39,882 nt of DNA from an archaeon (GTDB taxonomy: Archaea; Nanobdellota; Nanobdellia; Woesearchaeales; UBA9642), in assembly GCA_043806035.1 (NCBI GenBank), contig JAZDHK010000027.1, positions 1-39,882 of the forward strand. The letters are read 5' to 3'. The position numbers were made by a program, and so were the translations under genes. Of this stretch, positions 35,035-39,882 are shown piece after piece. The notes beneath the pieces were generated by a model that saw only the letters and a list, made by a program, of their open reading frames with translations, was not told the DNA's origin and did not search any database. Within the stretch, counting starts at the first letter, position 1. The number at the start of each line of letters is the position of its first letter.

Positions 35035-35442
35035 GTGCCAAACATAACCATCGATACGGCTGAAGAACTGCAGTTTCTCGATATTACGCAGCAGGTACAG
35101 GCTGCCCTACCCATCGCTGATGGTGCTGTACTTGTCTACAGTTTGCACACGACGCTTTGCATCATCATCAACGAATATGAAGAGTTATTGCTCAAGGACA
35201 TGCGTGCCTTTCTGCAGCGACTTTCTCCTGCGGGACAGTATGAGCATGACAAGATCCATCTGAGAAACTGCCCTCCTGATGAGCCAGAGAATGCAAAGAG
35301 CCATTTGCAGTGTATGCTCATGCCTGTCTCTCAGATCATTCCTGTAGTAAAAGGAAAATTGCAGCTCGGCACGTATCAGCGTATCATTGCTGTGGAAACG
35401 TCAGGGCCGAGGAAGAGGACTATTGTCGTGCAAGGTCTTTGA
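35035..35442 (+). CDS. YjbQ/UPF0047 (secondary thiamine-phosphate synthase) family protein
   Basis: HTT..IINE, YEHD, NAKSHL, LGTYQRI..E..GPR. Confidence 0.92.
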   Translation: MPNITIDTAEELQFLDITQQVQAALPIADGAVLVYSLHTTLCIIINEYEELLLKDMRAFLQRLSPAGQYEHDKIHLRNCPPDEPENAKSHLQCMLMPVSQIIPVVKGKLQLGTYQRIIAVETSGPRKRTIVVQGL

Positions 35443-35971
35443 GCGTTTTCTTGAGGGTTATGCTGTTGCCTTGCTCATTCCATGAGACACTATCGCAGAA
35501 GCGGAGACTATGGAAAAGACTGAAGCCTGCTCCGTCTGATTTTTCTTCTCGAACATCATTATACGTTTGGGCAGGATTGTTCCGTGCAGCTTTCTCTGCA
35601 TTGACTAATCGTCGATAGTCGAATCCTTCTCCTTCATCAGTAATGGTGACGGAAAGTTCTGCCTGCTGCTTGTTGAACGTGTAATCTATGGTTGTTGTCT
35701 TGCTCGGATCATGCTTGTTGCCATACTTCTGGGCGTTGTGAAGGTGTTCCGCGAACAGGAAGTACTTGAGGGTACACAAGCCATAGCCACTATCTGCAAG
35801 ATAGGATGTGAGATCGTTTGTTTTGTCAATGTGTCTCACAAGCTCGTGGGCGAGTTCATCAATGGAGTTAGCGCAATCATCTGTTCGTGCGTTCTGTTGC
35901 ATTTGCAGGAGAAACGTGTGCTCGTCCTGCTGCAGGATCTTTCCGTACTCGTTTTCTGCAATGGTGTGCAT
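35420..35971 (-). CDS. HATPase_c protein, RsbW/anti-sigma kinase-like
   Basis: E..HNAQKYGN (N box), ITDEGEGFD (G1), GAGFSL (G2), FCDSVSWNEQGNSITLKK. Confidence 0.8.
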   Translation of the reverse strand: MHTIAENEYGKILQQDEHTFLLQMQQNARTDDCANSIDELAHELVRHIDKTNDLTSYLADSGYGLCTLKYFLFAEHLHNAQKYGNKHDPSKTTTIDYTFNKQQAELSVTITDEGEGFDYRRLVNAEKAARNNPAQTYNDVREEKSDGAGFSLFHSLRFCDSVSWNEQGNSITLKKTLKDLARQ

Positions 35972-36091
35972 GTGCTTCCTCCGTGCTTCCCCTTGGGCAG
36001 TCTTGCTATATAAACCTTCCCATTTGTTTTTACTAAATAGTGGTGAAGAACGATAGATTTATAAATAGACTGCGCTTTCGTCATCGTCCAC

Positions 36092-36895
36092 ATGTATACA
36101 GAACAGGACCTTACAAAAATAGTGAACGCATACAGGAAAGAGCAACAACCTTCTCCTTTGCACATGCCTTCAGATATCAAAAATTATCCGAATGACGTGC
36201 TCTTGAGTTACTTGCTCAGCAATGTTTCCATGGACAAGAATCATGTACGTGATCTGTTCCTCCAACCACTAGTGTTAGAGCGTTGGCTTTCTCTTCCTCT
36301 GCAAAAAGACGCGGAGCTGCCTGAGTTGCCTGAGGGACTAGACTATACAAGCCCTCCTGCCTTCGTTGCGCAAGCCTTGCGCGTGCACACCGCATACTAT
36401 GCAGAAAGTTTCGGCGATGAGCTCATTGTTGCTCTACCCGTTCCAAAACTGTATACGTATCCTTCTGGAGAGAAATTTGAGTATTCCTTGCTAAAACGGG
36501 AGCAGAGCGCGAACATGTCCGTCTTCCTCGACGGATTCTGCGTTACGCCGTCGGCATTGTACGTTCGCAGCCAGTCGCTCAAAGTGATGCGAGCGCTCAA
36601 GAAAGCGCTGGCAGACGACCCTGCGCTCGAACCCTACACTGCATACCTGCATGATTTTGATTGCATGCTGCCTGGACTTGTCCTTGCACACGAATATTGT
36701 GAACTGCAGTTCATGAAGTCAGGGGAGATTCCTGAAGATCCTCTTGAACGAGAATTAAAGGCGGAGCGTCATGCGAAGGAATTCTTGAAGGAGCAAAGAG
36801 TTCCTCTAGCACATTTCGAGCTGCGGCACGTCCTTCGTGCGAGCAAGGACAACATTGTCTCCAGAACAATTGTGGAAAATAATTTTGAGCCTTAA
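36092..36895 (+). CDS. Hypothetical protein with zincin-like HExxE segment
   Basis: 267-aa ORF with TATA box upstream; LAHEYCE...ERELKAERHA. Confidence 0.7.
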   Translation: MYTEQDLTKIVNAYRKEQQPSPLHMPSDIKNYPNDVLLSYLLSNVSMDKNHVRDLFLQPLVLERWLSLPLQKDAELPELPEGLDYTSPPAFVAQALRVHTAYYAESFGDELIVALPVPKLYTYPSGEKFEYSLLKREQSANMSVFLDGFCVTPSALYVRSQSLKVMRALKKALADDPALEPYTAYLHDFDCMLPGLVLAHEYCELQFMKSGEIPEDPLERELKAERHAKEFLKEQRVPLAHFELRHVLRASKDNIVSRTIVENNFEP

Positions 36896-37194
36896 ATCCA
36901 GCCTCTTTCTTTCATCCTTTTTTCCATATCTGCCAAGGGTTTTTTTGAGAGTGTATACCTTTTTTGTGCCATTTCATACGCTGCTATGTTGTTGGGGCCG
37001 TCGGGTCGTGGTCTTCCTGCTCCACTTAATCTTTGTACTTCAGTTTCCCACTTTTCATGTAGTCCATGTGCAAACTCATATGCTGATCGTGCCATCAGCT
37101 CATTATTATAGCGGGTTGCTGCCTCAACCATGCCTTGTGCTGCATGGATGTCGTGTGCATAATCATCGAGTATTTGCTTTCCTGTTTTTGGCAT
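36892..37194 (-). CDS. Hypothetical protein
   Basis: 100-aa ORF with GGAGGT RBS; 4-bp tail overlap with the convergent gene. Confidence 0.65.
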   Translation of the reverse strand: MPKTGKQILDDYAHDIHAAQGMVEAATRYNNELMARSAYEFAHGLHEKWETEVQRLSGAGRPRPDGPNNIAAYEMAQKRYTLSKKPLADMEKRMKERGWI

Positions 37195-37315
37195 TGTTCT
37201 GACCTCCGTTCTTCACTTTCTTGTAGCATATCGTTTTTGTGTGTGCTTTTCCTACAATATACTCGTATTAATACTTTTCCACAACATTTAAAAGCGAGTC
37301 TTTTTCAGAGAGATC

Positions 37316-37558
37316 ATGTCAAAATGCAAGATAGTCTTCGATAGGGAAGCATGCATCGGCGCACTTGCGTGCAATGCCATTGCCCCAAAATCCTATTTGC
37401 TGGCAGATGATGGCAAAGTGGATTTTTCCGGAGCGGTCTTCAACGAGCAGACGAAGAAATGGGAGCTTATTGTTGAGGGGGATGCCGTCCAGATAAACAA
37501 GGAAGCGGCTGAGGCCTGTCCCGTGCATGCAATCGAAGTTATTGAATTGAAGGAATAA
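37316..37558 (+). CDS. Ferredoxin, single cluster, likely [3Fe-4S]
   Basis: CIGALAC (second Cys replaced by Ala)...AAEACPVHAI. Confidence 0.9.
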   Translation: MSKCKIVFDREACIGALACNAIAPKSYLLADDGKVDFSGAVFNEQTKKWELIVEGDAVQINKEAAEACPVHAIEVIELKE

Positions 37559-37635
37559 TTGAGCTTTTCTTCTTTTTTTTAGTCGAATTCATCCTTTTTT
37601 TCGACTTTTTTTGTTTTATTTTTCTTTTCCTTTTC

Positions 37636-37657
37636 TTAAGTGAGTTCACTCACTTAA
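37636..37657. repeat. Perfect 9-bp inverted repeat in AT-rich intergenic region
   Basis: TTAAGTGAG-TTCA-CTCACTTAA. Confidence 0.7.
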
Positions 37658-37745
37658 ACTCATTTTTTTCCACATTAATTCCTAAAAATCTACATCAGTA
37701 TACAAAATAGTAACATTTATATATTAGTTATGCCATACTATATGC

Positions 37746-38162
37746 ATGGTCATCCTATTTGATCAATTTAATCTGCCGGATAACATCTACGAGATTATTT
37801 TTTCGACGAACCAACAGGTCGTCGTCGCCAAGATGCTCATCGACGAGATAAAAAAGAACGGAGGTGAAATGGGCAAGACGGAAATGTCACTTTTCGCGAC
37901 TGCCCTTCACGAAGGGAAACTCGTCGAAGTGGAGCAGCCAGGAATCGCGGGCGTAAAGAAAAGAGTCTCCTTTAGTTATAACAAGAGACAATTTTACGAC
38001 CGCATCCTGACTCCTATGAAGACCATGGGTCTCATCGATTATGATCTTTACAAGAAAACGTACAAGATATCAGAGAAGTTTAACAAGACCATGATGCGGA
38101 TTGGCTTGATGTGGCTGCAAGAGATCAGGAAACAGCCGACTCAGCTGGCAATAAAGAGATGA
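37746..38162 (+). CDS. Hypothetical protein, possibly winged-helix nucleic-acid binding
   Basis: 138 aa; FYDRILTPMKTMGLIDYDLYKKTYKIS resembles a helix+wing; TATA box near 37717. Confidence 0.8.
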   Translation: MVILFDQFNLPDNIYEIIFSTNQQVVVAKMLIDEIKKNGGEMGKTEMSLFATALHEGKLVEVEQPGIAGVKKRVSFSYNKRQFYDRILTPMKTMGLIDYDLYKKTYKISEKFNKTMMRIGLMWLQEIRKQPTQLAIKR

Positions 38163-38177
38163 CCAATCACGATCTGA

Positions 38178-38234
38178 CTCCCTGCCGGTTCTTCTAGAAC
38201 CAACCCCACCCCCTCCCACAGCGCCGGCAGGGAG
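38178..38234. repeat. GC-rich 11-bp inverted repeat between convergent genes
   Basis: CTCCCTGCCGG (38178-38188) / CCGGCAGGGAG (38224-38234). Confidence 0.65.
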
Positions 38235-38255
38235 AAAGATATTTTCACTGTCAAT

Positions 38256-38867
38256 TTAGTCCCGTGCCCGTATGACCGCTATACTCCCTTTCTTCAAAGA
38301 AATCGTTGCATGGCTGCCCAGCATCCTGTTGGAAACGCCCACCCAACCAAAAGCTGCGCGATGCTCGCGTATGCTCCAACGCAGACCTCTGCAGGATAGG
38401 CCTTGCACGTCGGCGAGCGCTATAATTGAGACGAGATCTCCTCTTTTGCCTTCGATGATGATGTGCTTCTGTACAATATGCATGTCATTATGCTCGTCAA
38501 TGATGTGGACGGGAATTTTTTGTCTTGAGAGGAAGACGATGTTGGCAAGCGTATGATCGAGACGAGTGCCTGTTGCCCCGATGACCGTGAGCTTCTTTAC
38601 CTTCAGCCGTTGTGCAAGAGACAATGCCTTTTGCAGATCCGTCGTGTCCTGATCCTTCACACACATGAGTTGTCTTGCATACTTCTTTTTGGCTCTTGCA
38701 GTTATAGAGTCAAAATCGCCAATGACGTGCGTAGGGGTAATTCCTTGTTTTAGGCAGGCATTCGCGCCACCGTCGGCTGCGATGATGATGTCCGCCTCGG
38801 CAGCAAGACCCTTGCATCTCTTCTTGTCAATGACTGAGCCATTGGCGACGATCAGTGCAGTCTTCAT
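38256..38867 (-). CDS. thiN: Thiamine diphosphokinase
   Basis: IAADGGAN, IGDFDSI, DQDTTDLQKAL, GATGTRLDHTLAN, GVSN. Confidence 0.93.
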   Translation of the reverse strand: MKTALIVANGSVIDKKRCKGLAAEADIIIAADGGANACLKQGITPTHVIGDFDSITARAKKKYARQLMCVKDQDTTDLQKALSLAQRLKVKKLTVIGATGTRLDHTLANIVFLSRQKIPVHIIDEHNDMHIVQKHIIIEGKRGDLVSIIALADVQGLSCRGLRWSIREHRAAFGWVGVSNRMLGSHATISLKKGSIAVIRARD

Positions 38868-39037
38868 GAACGATCATAGGTGGTTGTGTTTATATTGCTT
38901 GTCCTGATGCCTGTTGTCCGTGTTATCTTTCGTCGAAGCAATACGGGAAGTCGAAGCTGTACGGAAACGTGCTGGCCAAGCACTTTTCTTCGCCAATAAT
39001 TCTGCGCATTCTTTTTCGACGTATAGACACATGCGAA

Positions 39038-39865
39038 TCACGTATGACGTTCAGCATACTCATCCAAGAACAGATCGAATGACGCCATGAGCTCATTCAC
39101 CAAATCAGGAATGGGAAACTGCTTATCTTGGATGGTCGTCAGCGGCAGTATCTTCGCTGAGGTGCTCGTCAGGAAAAAACCAGCATACTGCTGCAGTTCC
39201 TCGGCTTTGAGCTCTTTCTCAACGACGAGCAATCCTGAACTCTTGGCGAGGTCGATGACCAATTTTCTGGTTACTCCCGCCAGCACTTTCTCGGCAGGAG
39301 GCGTGTACAGGATCCTGCCGTCGGTAAAGAAGATGTTCGTCCTCGTCCCTTCCGTGATGCAGCCATTCCTGTCCATGAGCAGTGCATCATACGCCTGCTG
39401 CTGCTTCGCCTCCCGGAAGGCAAGATAGCTCATGAGCATACTCAGGCTTTTTGCCTGCGGAAATTCACGCTCGCCTTTGTACAGGATGGCCTTCACGCCG
39501 TTCTTATATATGTCCTTGTGTGAGAACAAAGGATTGAGGCTCATGATGTACAGTTGCGCCTGCTCCCTGCTTCCCGCGCCGAGGAGCAATATCTTGATGT
39601 TTGCATCGTACACGTCGTTAGCTTTCACGAGTTCCTGCAAGAAGACAAGGATGGCATCGCTCCTGAAGGTGTGCTCGAGCCGCAGGATGGTCGCGCTGTG
39701 GAGCAGCCTCTCGACGTGCAGTTCGGGAAAGAAGATCTTGCCGTGCCTCACTCGGAGATTCTCGTACACGCCGAAACCGTACACGAGCTCGATATTGTCC
39801 AGGGAAAGCTTTGCTTCGCTCAGCGGCTTGAGTGCACCATTATGAGAGAAATACGTGCCGAGCAT
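39038..39865 (-). CDS. Aminotransferase class IV (IlvE/PabC/D-amino-acid aminotransferase family)
   Basis: YGFGVYE, HVERLLHSA, QAKSL (PLP Lys), ITEGTRTNIF, LAGVTR, FLTST. Confidence 0.92.
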   Translation of the reverse strand: MLGTYFSHNGALKPLSEAKLSLDNIELVYGFGVYENLRVRHGKIFFPELHVERLLHSATILRLEHTFRSDAILVFLQELVKANDVYDANIKILLLGAGSREQAQLYIMSLNPLFSHKDIYKNGVKAILYKGEREFPQAKSLSMLMSYLAFREAKQQQAYDALLMDRNGCITEGTRTNIFFTDGRILYTPPAEKVLAGVTRKLVIDLAKSSGLLVVEKELKAEELQQYAGFFLTSTSAKILPLTTIQDKQFPIPDLVNELMASFDLFLDEYAERHT

Positions 39866-39882
39866 CCGTTGAGGAATGCAGC

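Noticed and set aside
38870-39035. Short minus-strand ORFs, and a 10-mer AAACGTGCTG shared with about 5750
   Set aside because: No recognisable product, and a single 10-mer match is expected by chance in 40 kb.
1-39882. CRISPR arrays, rRNA genes, intact transposases, and the many antisense/shadow ORFs in the track (e.g. 2533-3294, 20384-21265, 27459-28310, 32865-33791)
   Set aside because: No regularly spaced repeats or rRNA/transposase signatures were seen. The shadow ORFs overlap confident genes and lack motifs.

Overview
Gene-dense chromosomal window from an archaeon. It has TATA-box promoters with many short or leaderless starts, a BHB-intron tRNA, Taw1, XPD and a COG1361 gene. The gene content fits a DPANN/Woesearchaeota-type lineage (inference). 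About 48 CDS are supportable, mostly housekeeping, redox and transport genes. The most striking element is a four-gene overlapping minus-strand operon (14276->10395) that reads as a complete ubiquitin-like conjugation system. It encodes a Ubl ending GG-YCR, a large protein with a cryptic C-terminal E2-like HPFVDETLC motif, a JAB/JAMM protease, and a tandem inactive+active ThiF E1 with a UBA1-like catalytic Cys. Next to it is an unannotated tRNA-Thr(UGU) carrying two BHB-flanked introns. Other notable items: an unidentified ~135-nt structured element at 31.0-31.15 kb flanked by a 7-bp direct repeat; a repeated palindromic operator in front of a DUF5320/DUF134 metal/Fe-S cluster; a tandem ThyX whose halves split the catalytic motifs; a family-4 UDG lacking its Fe-S cysteines; and an orphan RsbW-like kinase. 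All family calls come from motif recognition by eye; no searches were run.
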